Part shown: positions 40,614-50,095 of the stretch, piece by piece | How the letters are laid out: every line of letters begins with the position of its first letter | Position numbering within the stretch: the stretch's first letter is position 1 | DNA from: a virus | Lineage: Duplodnaviria; Heunggongvirae; Uroviricota; Caudoviricetes | Reading direction: 5' to 3' (one strand) | Virus record (IMG/VR): IMGVR_UViG_3300042549_004104 | Location: 199,353 to 263,352 of that record | DNA length: 64,000 nucleotides | Translations under genes and position numbers: made by a program | The notes under the pieces: generated by a model | What the model was told of the DNA's origin: nothing | Seen by the model: only the letters and a program-made list of their open reading frames with translations | Database searches by the model: none

Positions 40614-40963
40614 TGGCACAGACTACAACAGAAATTCTATTCCCACAAACTTCCTACAATGGTAGTAATAGTTTAATAAGGGGAACCAAACAGGCTGCAG
40701 CCGCATATTATTTAGGTAATGCTGATTTGCAAACTGTAACATGGAATCTTACATCAGTTACAGGGTTAATAACGATTCAAGCTACATTAGCAACTAATCC
40801 AGTAGAAACAACTGACAATGACTGGTTCACTGTATATCAACTTAGTTGTAACAATACTACACAAAATGGATATACAAATATCAATGGAAACTTTGTATGG
40901 TTACGTGCTAAGATAGCAGGATTCACACAAGGTGTAATTCAGAATGTAAAGGTTAGTTACTAA
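40613..40963 (+). CDS. Small beta-rich structural protein
   Basis: 116 aa; NFVWLRAKI-type beta-sandwich pattern. Confidence 0.5.
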   Translation: MAQTTTEILFPQTSYNGSNSLIRGTKQAAAAYYLGNADLQTVTWNLTSVTGLITIQATLATNPVETTDNDWFTVYQLSCNNTTQNGYTNINGNFVWLRAKIAGFTQGVIQNVKVSY

Positions 40964-40964
40964 A

Positions 40965-41966
40965 ATGGCAGTTGTTGTTGTTTACGGCGGAGGCTTTCAG
41001 CCATTTCATGCAGGGCATTTGAGTGGTTATATTGAGGCTAAACAAGCGTTTCCTAACGCAGATTTTTATGTAGCCGCAAGCAATGATACTAAGACACGCC
41101 CGATACCCTTCGATGACAAGAAATTTCTAGCACAACAAGCTGGTGTTACTGATAATTTTGCAGAAGTAAAATTGCCTATCAGACCAACCGAAATACTAGA
41201 TAGATATAATCCAAACAAAGATGTATTCATACTAGTTCGTAGTGAACGTGATCCAGTGGCATACACTAAGAAAGATGGTAGTCCAGGATACTATCAACCT
41301 TATGTAGATATTAATAAGTGTGAGCCTATGGGACAACATGGTTATGTGTTTGTCACACATAAGAAAGATTTTAAATTGAATGGCCAAACTGTTTATTCTG
41401 GTACACAAGTACGTGATATGTACGCTAACAGTGATGACCGAGGAAGAATCAATATAATTAACCAATTATATCCTCGAAGTAGTCAACAAGATACTATTAA
41501 GAAAATGTTAGACAAATATATTGGTACTATTGCTGAACCAGTTGAAAAACCAGTTAAAGGTGCAATTAAGAAATTAAAAGCAGACAAATTAAAAGAACAT
41601 ATTCAACGTATGCGTCCTTTATTGCGTGAAGCAAATAGTGAGCAGAAACTAAAATTACTTAAATTGATGAAGGTTGCGTTGAAAGAACATATAATAGAAG
41701 AAGAACAAATTGATGAAGCAAAAATTCATTTCACTGACCCGTCAACTAAAATAAACCTATATTATATTCCACCTAAACTTGAAGCACAGGGCCAAGTGCA
41801 GAATGTTGCACATAACATTCCATACTCAACTGTTCAACCATTAATTAATAGATTATTGCAGAAATATCCTAATATGAATCCTGATTACATGGTTTGGTAT
41901 CCATTGGGGCAAGACAAGTACGGTGAACGCATAGAAGAAAATCAAGATTATTTAGAAGAAAAATAA
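40965..41966 (+). CDS. HIGH-motif nucleotidyltransferase (cytidylyltransferase-like) with C-terminal modules
   Basis: YGGGFQPFHAGH HxGH motif; C-terminal segments bounded by EQIDE and RIEE. Confidence 0.7.
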   Translation: MAVVVVYGGGFQPFHAGHLSGYIEAKQAFPNADFYVAASNDTKTRPIPFDDKKFLAQQAGVTDNFAEVKLPIRPTEILDRYNPNKDVFILVRSERDPVAYTKKDGSPGYYQPYVDINKCEPMGQHGYVFVTHKKDFKLNGQTVYSGTQVRDMYANSDDRGRINIINQLYPRSSQQDTIKKMLDKYIGTIAEPVEKPVKGAIKKLKADKLKEHIQRMRPLLREANSEQKLKLLKLMKVALKEHIIEEEQIDEAKIHFTDPSTKINLYYIPPKLEAQGQVQNVAHNIPYSTVQPLINRLLQKYPNMNPDYMVWYPLGQDKYGERIEENQDYLEEK

Positions 41967-42016
41967 TTCGGCATGCTCCTCGTGATGTAAATAATTACAT
42001 TAACATAGAGGACCAA

Positions 42017-42961
42017 ATGGTAACAAAGAAAACAACACCCAAAAAAGAAGCAAAAACTATACCAGTAGAAAAGGTACAAGAAATTGCTGAACAAGCGGCT
42101 GCACAGCAACAACAGGCCCCACAACAAGGGCAAGTACAAGTTGACGTAGATTATTTACGCACAACACGGGTACACATATCAATGCCATGTTATGGTGGTA
42201 TGCTAACTGAATCAACTTTCATGTCATTCATTAAGTGGGCAAACACAGCCCGTCAACTTGGTATTGATTGGACATTAGAGACTATGGTTAATGAATCATT
42301 AATCAGTCGTGCTCGTAATACATTAACCGCTAAATTCTTAGAACAAGAAGGTGCAACGCACTTGTTCTTTGTTGATGCAGATATTGGTTGGGAGCCATGG
42401 CATCTACTAGTTCTGTTGAATCGTAAAGTAGATGTTATTGGTGGATTGTATCCAATGAAGACTATGCCTATCAAGTGGGTTGTCAATGGATTTGAAGGTG
42501 CTGAAGAAGGACCTGATGGATTACAAGAAGTTAGTAAAGCTGGTACTGGATTTTTACTAATGAAAAAGGATGTATTTTTAAAATTGAACAATCATCCTGC
42601 AGTAAAACCCTACAAGAATGATATTGGATTGGATCCTAAGTTTGATAAACACTTGAAAACATACTTTGATACAGCAGTTCGTCAAGGTCGTTACTATAGT
42701 GAAGACTGGACATTCTGTGAAAACTGGCGTGATATCGGTGGTCGTGTATGGGTTGATAAACGTGTGTTGTTGCGTCACTCAGGAAGTTATGTATTCTGTA
42801 TGGAAAATCAAGACCATCTAATGAACACAATTGGACCGATGTACACTGAAGAATTGAAAAAGAAGCAAGCGGCAACTCCACCTGCAGTAGCAACACCAGT
42901 TGACTCTACTCCTACGACAGCACCTTCGAAAAAGGCAGCAAGTCGTAAAAAAACTACATAA
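42017..42961 (+). CDS. GT-A fold glycosyltransferase-like protein
   Basis: ISMPCYGG, ISRARN, FFVDADIGW (DxD), GTGFLL and SEDWTFC motifs. Confidence 0.75.
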   Translation: MVTKKTTPKKEAKTIPVEKVQEIAEQAAAQQQQAPQQGQVQVDVDYLRTTRVHISMPCYGGMLTESTFMSFIKWANTARQLGIDWTLETMVNESLISRARNTLTAKFLEQEGATHLFFVDADIGWEPWHLLVLLNRKVDVIGGLYPMKTMPIKWVVNGFEGAEEGPDGLQEVSKAGTGFLLMKKDVFLKLNNHPAVKPYKNDIGLDPKFDKHLKTYFDTAVRQGRYYSEDWTFCENWRDIGGRVWVDKRVLLRHSGSYVFCMENQDHLMNTIGPMYTEELKKKQAATPPAVATPVDSTPTTAPSKKAASRKKTT

Positions 42962-42980
42962 ATTAGTTAAACTCAAAGAA

Positions 42981-43007
42981 AAGGGCTGTCAAACGACAGC
43001 CTTTTTT
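42981..43007 (+). terminator. Intrinsic terminator
   Basis: AAGGGCTGTC-aaac-GACAGCC followed by a T run; late box ATAAATA 43009-43015 follows. Confidence 0.8.
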
Positions 43008-43019
43008 CATAAATACTCT

Positions 43020-43970
43020 ATGAACCTTACGGAATTACACAGTTTTCAGATTAGTGACGCATTATACTTTCACAAAGAACTAAATCCAGCTATTTTTAAT
43101 GGCGACACAATGGATGAGGAAGTACGTCAACAATTACTATTAATCGCTAACGATTTTATTGAACATTTAGGAATAACTGACTTAGATGTGCAAGACATTA
43201 CAATTAGCGGTAGCAATGCTGCCTACACCTACACTAAACATTCAGACATTGATTTACATATTTTAGTAGACATGGGTAAATTTGCAGATGACGATATTTA
43301 CCGTGAATTATTTGATGCTAAAAAGATTGTTTACAATGACCAGCATGATATTTACATTAACAACTATGAAGTAGAATTATATGTACAAGATGCTAATCAA
43401 CCAGTTATCAGCTTGGGTGAGTACTCAGTATTAAATGACAAATGGATTAGATTACCTAAAAAACGTAAAGCAAACTTTGACCAAAATTCTACTAAATTGA
43501 AATTTGAGAAACTATACAAGTTAGCAGAGTTTGCATATAAGTCTAACAACCTACACAAAGTACAAAATGTGTTAAAGAATATTAAGAAGTATCGTCAAGC
43601 CGGATTAGACTTGAACGGTGAATTTGGTCCTGAGAATCTAGCATTTAAAGCATTACGTACAAAAGGTGTGATTGCTAAATTATATGACAAATTAAACGAA
43701 CTACACAGCAAGACACTTAGCTTACCTGAGAATAACGTTATTAAGAAAGTAAAAACAAATAGTTTAGCTGACAGTCTAGTTAACGAATTCAACAGATTCA
43801 AAAATGTTAATGAAGTTAGTGGATATATTCCAAGTGAAAAAGAAAAAAATGACCCTAGGTTTAAAACTGCGTTAACAGTAGATGTTAAACCAGACACAAT
43901 TAAAAAGAATGCAAATGCATTTGGCTTTAAAGTAAGTCGTGCAGGTATACCCCCGTTGCTACGAAAATAA
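43020..43970 (+). CDS. Pol-beta superfamily nucleotidyltransferase with capsid-targeting-like start and C-terminal module
   Basis: Start MNLTEL at 43020; ISGSNAAYTYTKHSDIDLH (GS...DxD); tail module after NVNE. Confidence 0.7.
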   Translation: MNLTELHSFQISDALYFHKELNPAIFNGDTMDEEVRQQLLLIANDFIEHLGITDLDVQDITISGSNAAYTYTKHSDIDLHILVDMGKFADDDIYRELFDAKKIVYNDQHDIYINNYEVELYVQDANQPVISLGEYSVLNDKWIRLPKKRKANFDQNSTKLKFEKLYKLAEFAYKSNNLHKVQNVLKNIKKYRQAGLDLNGEFGPENLAFKALRTKGVIAKLYDKLNELHSKTLSLPENNVIKKVKTNSLADSLVNEFNRFKNVNEVSGYIPSEKEKNDPRFKTALTVDVKPDTIKKNANAFGFKVSRAGIPPLLRK

Positions 43971-43981
43971 GGATAATAAAA

Positions 43982-46900
43982 ATGGCAGGAATAAGACAAA
44001 CACCAAATAGTAATGTACAGTCAACTACTGTAACCTACCCTTCACAGGCTACTGGATCTACCCCACAGTTGCAAATAATTAATAGTCCCGGTGGCGGCAA
44101 AGGTCAGGTTCAATTTCATTCTGATAATGGTTCATTTGCAGGTGATAGTAATTTTATTTGGAATAATAAAACTAGAACCATGAGTGTTCTGGGTAACATC
44201 AGAATAAGTGAAAACATCATTGGTAAATATTATACTAACTTAACTAATTTTAAAATTACAGGTGGCAATAGTGGACAAGTTCTTTCTACTAATGGTTCCG
44301 GAAATCTTAGTTGGGCTGACCAAATCAGTCCAGCCAATTATGGTAATAGCAATGTAGCAAATTACTTACCAACTTATACTGGTAATGTCTCTGCTAATTA
44401 TTTCATTGGTAATGGTAGTCAATTAACCGGCTTACCAACGCAATATTCAAATAGTAATGTAGCTAATTATCTTCCAACTTATACTGGTAATGTCTCTGCT
44501 AATTATTTCATTGGTAATGGTAGTCAATTAACCGGCTTACCAACGCAATATTCAAATAGTAATGTAGCTAATTATCTTCCAACTTATACTGGTAATTTAA
44601 ATGGCAGTAATTTAATTATATCTAATACAGGTTATATTTATAACATCAGTAGTACTGGATCAGCATCATTAACAACAGCTAATGTGTCAGCAAATTTAAC
44701 TGCTAATGCAATTTATACAGATAATTATTTCTATGCTAACGGTAGTCCTTACAGTGGCGGTGGCTCAGAACTAGTTAACGGTAATAATTCATTCGTATTA
44801 GATGTTGACGGTAATGTTGTATTTGAAGGTGATATAGCAGGCCAAGCTATTGACCGTGGTCTAGTATGGGACTATGGTGCTAATGCTAACGGTGTCAATA
44901 GTACGATTAGTCAAGATGGCAGTGGCTTAACAGTTCGTGCTTACACTGAAGATTCAGGTAATATTTCTGCATCGGTAAACATCGTTACTAATCAAGATGC
45001 AAACGCAATGTTTTGGGAATTTGATGGTTATGGTAATTTAACATTACCCGGTAACTTAATAGTACCAACAGGAAATATTGTATCAGATACTCTTAGCTCG
45101 CCGTTTAGTTCGGCTATAACAGGTATCACCACTGGTAATGCTACAGTAATTGTCGCTATAGCAGATTCGGTATTTCCAGATCCTTATTCAGGAACAGTAA
45201 CGATATCAGGTGTGACCGGCACAACAGAGGCTAATGACGTTTGGGGTTATGAAACAGTAGAAGTAAATGCATTCCAACTTTATACAGATGCTACATTAAC
45301 GACACCGGTAGATGGAACAACTTGGACTCCTTATGTCAGCGGCGGTACTGCTGTAGGAGTTGGTTTATATTCAAATTTAACTATCCAAGGTGGAAATGTT
45401 TCTATCGGTAGTAACGATAGCACTTGGGTGTTTGATACTAACGGTAACTTAACAGTACCTGGAACAATCAAGTCTGCTCAGCCATTAGTGTATCGTGGAT
45501 GGTATGCTACACTGAATCAAATCTATGGCGCTAGTGATCCAACAATTAACCAAATAGTGTTGAGCCAAAGTAGTTCAATTACGGGTAGTAACGAAAGCGC
45601 CGATACCAACAACGATGATTTCACAGTTACCGGGTTGACAGAATCAAACAGAACCGCAGTGATTACTCTTTACAGTGAAGAGGACGCAGTTCCCATTGTT
45701 CTCAGTGATGTGCGTAACTTTATTGAGACCTATATTGATTTAGTATTGTATGACGGCGAGACACTGAGAAATTCAGTGAGTAGCATTCAGACCGCATTTG
45801 CTGCCAACGAAACTGCTCTAATTGAGAGTGTTCCGCCTCTCACACTCAACACTAGTTTCAACTTCAATGCCATACAGAGTATATTCTCACTCACTGGATT
45901 TGCCAACACAGGTACAGGTACGGGTGCTGCGTTCTATTTTAACTACGACAACGATCCCGGCGGTACAGTAAACTACTACAGTTTAAGTGCCACTCTAATG
46001 GTACCAGGTTCAGGTTACACTGTACTTGATGAAATCACTGTTCCTGGTGCGGAATTCAATGGAACTTCACCTGCTAATGATATGATAATCACTGTGCAGG
46101 AGGTAGACGGCGACGGAGGTATCGTTGGATGGGGTGTCAGCGGAAGTATGACTCTAGCCACATATGAACAGTGCTTTGCAAGATACTTTATTAACGACGG
46201 TGACGGCGATGCATATGATTTAGGCAACTATGTGGGCACCGACTACAGTGAATGTACTTTTACAGCAACCAGCAACGCCGACGATGAACTAGTAGTCACA
46301 GCCGTCACGAAAGGTGCTTTGCTTCCGTTTATGACATTCTACGAACCCGTAGGTGATACCTGGGTTATGATACTGTGGCAGAAATCCGGTGCTACCGAAG
46401 GCGGACCAGGCACATACATTTGTCGCAGCCTCGATGAGTCCAATCTTCCGTCGGCTACTTACACAGCTAATGGCATTCAATATGCAATCAACGATGTTAT
46501 AACCGCTAGCTCCGATTGGAACGGCGGAGAATATGGCAGTATGGTCAGCACTACAGCAGGCATATGGTCTATGGTTGCCTTGTCTGAAGAAACCAGCATT
46601 AATAGTTTTAGCTATTTAGGTGAAACCGGTGCTGACGGTAGTGGAGAAAAAACAGCATACAGTAAGTTTGCCTTAGGCACTGCTCCGTTGACACTGGAAG
46701 CAGGTTATAATATTTGGACATTTAATCCTGATGGCAACCTAACGTTAGCAGGTGGCAACAGTGTAATTCAAAGTATTGCTAATAGTTCACTGGATCCAGA
46801 AAATTCAAATGTCAGCATAATGGTTTTTACACCTGATGCTCTCTATAGTTCACAGTCACTAGTACTTGACCCAACTGGTCCAAGTCATATTCACCTACGA

Positions 46901-49900
46901 TCACCAGGTCTAAATATTGACGAACCAGATGCTAATATATTCTTAGGTGGTGAAGATTCAAGTTTTGAAGTAGGCTACTATAACGGTGCCGCTCCTAACT
47001 TATTCGTTCACAGCGGCGGTAACACTTGGACATTTGGTACAGATGGTAATTTAATATTACCTACGGGAACTCCTAGCATCAACTATGCTAACGGAAGTCC
47101 ATATGGTGGAGGCGGTGCTAATACAGGCAATGTGACATTCAGTGGTGAGGCAGTGATAGGCACCGGCACCAGCAACACACAAAGTGGACTATATCTTGCA
47201 CCGGATCCGGCGTCCCTAGCAAATAGTTTATACCTGCGGGTACGCGGAAATATCCAGGACGAACCTACCCACATACATTTTGACACTGGCAACAATCAAT
47301 ACTATAATCAGTTCATTGGCGATGATAACAAGTATGTGCAGTTAGCTAACACTGGCAACATTGTAATCAATACTTCTGACTATGCAAGCAATACAGCACA
47401 GTGGACATTTGATACTGCTGGTAACTTAACACTACCAGAAGGTACTACTATAGGTGACACATCTGAGATTGTTACTGTTACATTAGACCAGTTTACTGAC
47501 GGTGGCTACCCTGGCACACAGGTGTTTAACAAAGTAAGTGACACTTTATACGAATTATCACCAGGTGGACCATATATGACACTGATTAGTGGTATATGGA
47601 GACTTAAGATTAGTACTGCCACTTATTATGACTCAACAGACCTTATAACTTGGGGAACTATAGCAGGTGGATTACCTACACCAGTCGGCACTCTAACCAC
47701 ATTAGCAATAATGAATCTAGGAGTAGGTGGTAATGTTTGGGCCTTTGGTGGAGATGGTAACTTATACTTGCCAGACACCACAAGCGTTCTTGCTAACGTA
47801 AGCATAAGACTTGAAGCAAATGATACTGGAAATATCACGGGATTAAGTGTAATCGGCGATTCCCACGCAAATCTATATGCTCATGGTAATGTGACGATAG
47901 TTAGCGATAGTAGCAATACTACTCCAACTTGGACATTTGGCACAGATGGCAGTTTAACATTGCCTTCAGACAGTTCTATTCTTACAAATGAAACAGCATT
48001 AAACATAGCAACTCATTCAACCGCAACTTACACATTTAATCAAGCCTACTGGGAAGCATTGAATGGTGATGTCACACGAATGTTTACACCTACAGGCGAC
48101 GCACAGTATTTTTCCTGTACAGTGACAGCCAATCAAGACGGTACCTATACTGTTGCTGACCCCACAGGCAATTCGTTTGATCCGGGATCTTGGTTCAAAA
48201 TTCCAGGCAATCAACTTGGTGGTGCTACACCTGCCAATGATATACAAATCACTGTGGCCACTGTAGACATTGATGGAGTAATATTGACTACCACTGTCAC
48301 AGGCGCAGCAGTTGGTAAACAATGGACCTTTGGTGAAGATGGTATTATAACAGTACCCGGACCAATTAGTGGATTGGGATATTCTAAACTAGATTTTACT
48401 ACTTACGGTTCCAACACAGTATATCTAACAACTACTAATGATGATTCTACTGCATTGTTTATGGGTGCGGTGTCTGCTGATTTATACGCTCATACAAATG
48501 TTAGTATTAGGACCAATACTGTAGGAACATCACAAGAATGGATATTTGATGATGCAGGTAATTTAACATTACCAGGTAATACATTTGCTGTTAACTATGC
48601 TAACGGCACACAAGTATCAATTAGTGGTGGGAGTAGCAGTAGTTCAAATATTAGTAATGGCAATAGTAATGTATCTATCGCAACAGCAAACGGTAATGTA
48701 ACTATTAACGCCGTTGGTAATAATGTAGTAACTATTACTGGCACTGGTGCTAACATCACCGGAACTGCAAACATCACCGGGAATGTAACTCCAGGAAATA
48801 TTACGTTTAGTAGTAACACCGGTCAAATCGTTTTTGGAACAGGGGCATTCATCAGTGGCAATGCTAACTCATTGACTAGAGATGGTAGTATTTTGTTACA
48901 ACCTTATACAGGTGCAGGATCTACATTTCCAGGTGTTATCATTGGTGGTGCAGGACGATTGCTTGCTCCAAACGGTGGAGTATTCCAGATATTCAACGCA
49001 AGTGATGTCACTTTCCAAGTAGCAATCAAATCAACATTAAGCACTGCGGCAACTTCAACAACGACCGGTGCATTAATAATTCCAGGTGGCGCAGGTCTTG
49101 CTGGTAGTATAACTACTGGCATAGGCGCATTGTTAACGGGTCCAACATTTACACCATTAGCTAATACAATGGCTGGGTTTGTATCTAACGTTAATTCATA
49201 CACACAATTAACTATTCAGAATAAGAGTACAGGAGCTGATGCTACTACAGATTTTATTGCTACTGCTGACAACGGTACTGATACTGTAAACTATGCTGAC
49301 TTTGGTATTATCAATAGTGGTTACGATGCTAATACGCCTACAAACAGTTTGGGTAACATTGTATTTGCGGCTGATACTTATTTGTATGCCCAAGGTAATG
49401 TAAGTAACACAAATCAATCGGGCGGTAATTTAGCAATTGGTACTACAATTGCAGGCAAATCTGTTAAGATTTTTGCAGGTGGCGTAACTAACAATAGTAT
49501 TATCGCTACTATCAGTAATACTGGAGTTGCAGTTAACGGTAATGTTACAGCAACTAATTTCAGTGGTAATATTTCTATCACGGGAAATGTCATTGGTACA
49601 ACTCCAAACGTTACATTAGTTGCAGGAAGTTATTCAACTGTGTTTGCCAACACTGGTGTAGCAACGTTTCCAGGCAATATCTCAACTACAGGTAATTTCG
49701 TGGGTAACGGCGCGGCTCTGACCAATGTTGCGGTTAGCACAACCGGTACTTGGACTGTGGCCACTGGCATAAATACCTACAGCATCACAGTCCCCATAAA
49801 CGGCAATTATCAATTATGGGTTAGGGGCAACATTCCTAATGGTATCATAACTTACCAAGCCACTGTGAGTGTTACTAATACCAATGTGCCAGTGTTGGGC

Positions 49901-50095
49901 ACACAGCGAGCCTGGAACTACACCGGCGGTGGAAGTCCAATATTATTAACAACTATGCCAACGCAGATTGTAGGAGCCGAAGGCACCATATCAACTACTG
50001 TCGTATCAACCACCACAGCTAATAGATTTGATTTTGTAATTAACAATTCTAGTGGATCAAGTCAAACAATATACTGGGGATATGTTACATTATGA
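43982..50095 (+). CDS. Very large mosaic tail fibre/receptor-binding protein
   Basis: 2037 aa, G/N/T/S-rich; nine W-x-F-x3-G-x-(L/I)-x-(L/V) repeats; NVANYLPTYTG tandem repeat. Confidence 0.75.
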   Translation: MAGIRQTPNSNVQSTTVTYPSQATGSTPQLQIINSPGGGKGQVQFHSDNGSFAGDSNFIWNNKTRTMSVLGNIRISENIIGKYYTNLTNFKITGGNSGQVLSTNGSGNLSWADQISPANYGNSNVANYLPTYTGNVSANYFIGNGSQLTGLPTQYSNSNVANYLPTYTGNVSANYFIGNGSQLTGLPTQYSNSNVANYLPTYTGNLNGSNLIISNTGYIYNISSTGSASLTTANVSANLTANAIYTDNYFYANGSPYSGGGSELVNGNNSFVLDVDGNVVFEGDIAGQAIDRGLVWDYGANANGVNSTISQDGSGLTVRAYTEDSGNISASVNIVTNQDANAMFWEFDGYGNLTLPGNLIVPTGNIVSDTLSSPFSSAITGITTGNATVIVAIADSVFPDPYSGTVTISGVTGTTEANDVWGYETVEVNAFQLYTDATLTTPVDGTTWTPYVSGGTAVGVGLYSNLTIQGGNVSIGSNDSTWVFDTNGNLTVPGTIKSAQPLVYRGWYATLNQIYGASDPTINQIVLSQSSSITGSNESADTNNDDFTVTGLTESNRTAVITLYSEEDAVPIVLSDVRNFIETYIDLVLYDGETLRNSVSSIQTAFAANETALIESVPPLTLNTSFNFNAIQSIFSLTGFANTGTGTGAAFYFNYDNDPGGTVNYYSLSATLMVPGSGYTVLDEITVPGAEFNGTSPANDMIITVQEVDGDGGIVGWGVSGSMTLATYEQCFARYFINDGDGDAYDLGNYVGTDYSECTFTATSNADDELVVTAVTKGALLPFMTFYEPVGDTWVMILWQKSGATEGGPGTYICRSLDESNLPSATYTANGIQYAINDVITASSDWNGGEYGSMVSTTAGIWSMVALSEETSINSFSYLGETGADGSGEKTAYSKFALGTAPLTLEAGYNIWTFNPDGNLTLAGGNSVIQSIANSSLDPENSNVSIMVFTPDALYSSQSLVLDPTGPSHIHLRSPGLNIDEPDANIFLGGEDSSFEVGYYNGAAPNLFVHSGGNTWTFGTDGNLILPTGTPSINYANGSPYGGGGANTGNVTFSGEAVIGTGTSNTQSGLYLAPDPASLANSLYLRVRGNIQDEPTHIHFDTGNNQYYNQFIGDDNKYVQLANTGNIVINTSDYASNTAQWTFDTAGNLTLPEGTTIGDTSEIVTVTLDQFTDGGYPGTQVFNKVSDTLYELSPGGPYMTLISGIWRLKISTATYYDSTDLITWGTIAGGLPTPVGTLTTLAIMNLGVGGNVWAFGGDGNLYLPDTTSVLANVSIRLEANDTGNITGLSVIGDSHANLYAHGNVTIVSDSSNTTPTWTFGTDGSLTLPSDSSILTNETALNIATHSTATYTFNQAYWEALNGDVTRMFTPTGDAQYFSCTVTANQDGTYTVADPTGNSFDPGSWFKIPGNQLGGATPANDIQITVATVDIDGVILTTTVTGAAVGKQWTFGEDGIITVPGPISGLGYSKLDFTTYGSNTVYLTTTNDDSTALFMGAVSADLYAHTNVSIRTNTVGTSQEWIFDDAGNLTLPGNTFAVNYANGTQVSISGGSSSSSNISNGNSNVSIATANGNVTINAVGNNVVTITGTGANITGTANITGNVTPGNITFSSNTGQIVFGTGAFISGNANSLTRDGSILLQPYTGAGSTFPGVIIGGAGRLLAPNGGVFQIFNASDVTFQVAIKSTLSTAATSTTTGALIIPGGAGLAGSITTGIGALLTGPTFTPLANTMAGFVSNVNSYTQLTIQNKSTGADATTDFIATADNGTDTVNYADFGIINSGYDANTPTNSLGNIVFAADTYLYAQGNVSNTNQSGGNLAIGTTIAGKSVKIFAGGVTNNSIIATISNTGVAVNGNVTATNFSGNISITGNVIGTTPNVTLVAGSYSTVFANTGVATFPGNISTTGNFVGNGAALTNVAVSTTGTWTVATGINTYSITVPINGNYQLWVRGNIPNGIITYQATVSVTNTNVPVLGTQRAWNYTGGGSPILLTTMPTQIVGAEGTISTTVVSTTTANRFDFVINNSSGSSQTIYWGYVTL
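44369..44596 (+). repeat. Exact 105 bp in-frame tandem repeat (about 2.2 copies)
   Basis: AACTTATACTGGTAAT recurs at 44371, 44476 and 44581 with identical intervening sequence. Confidence 0.9.
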
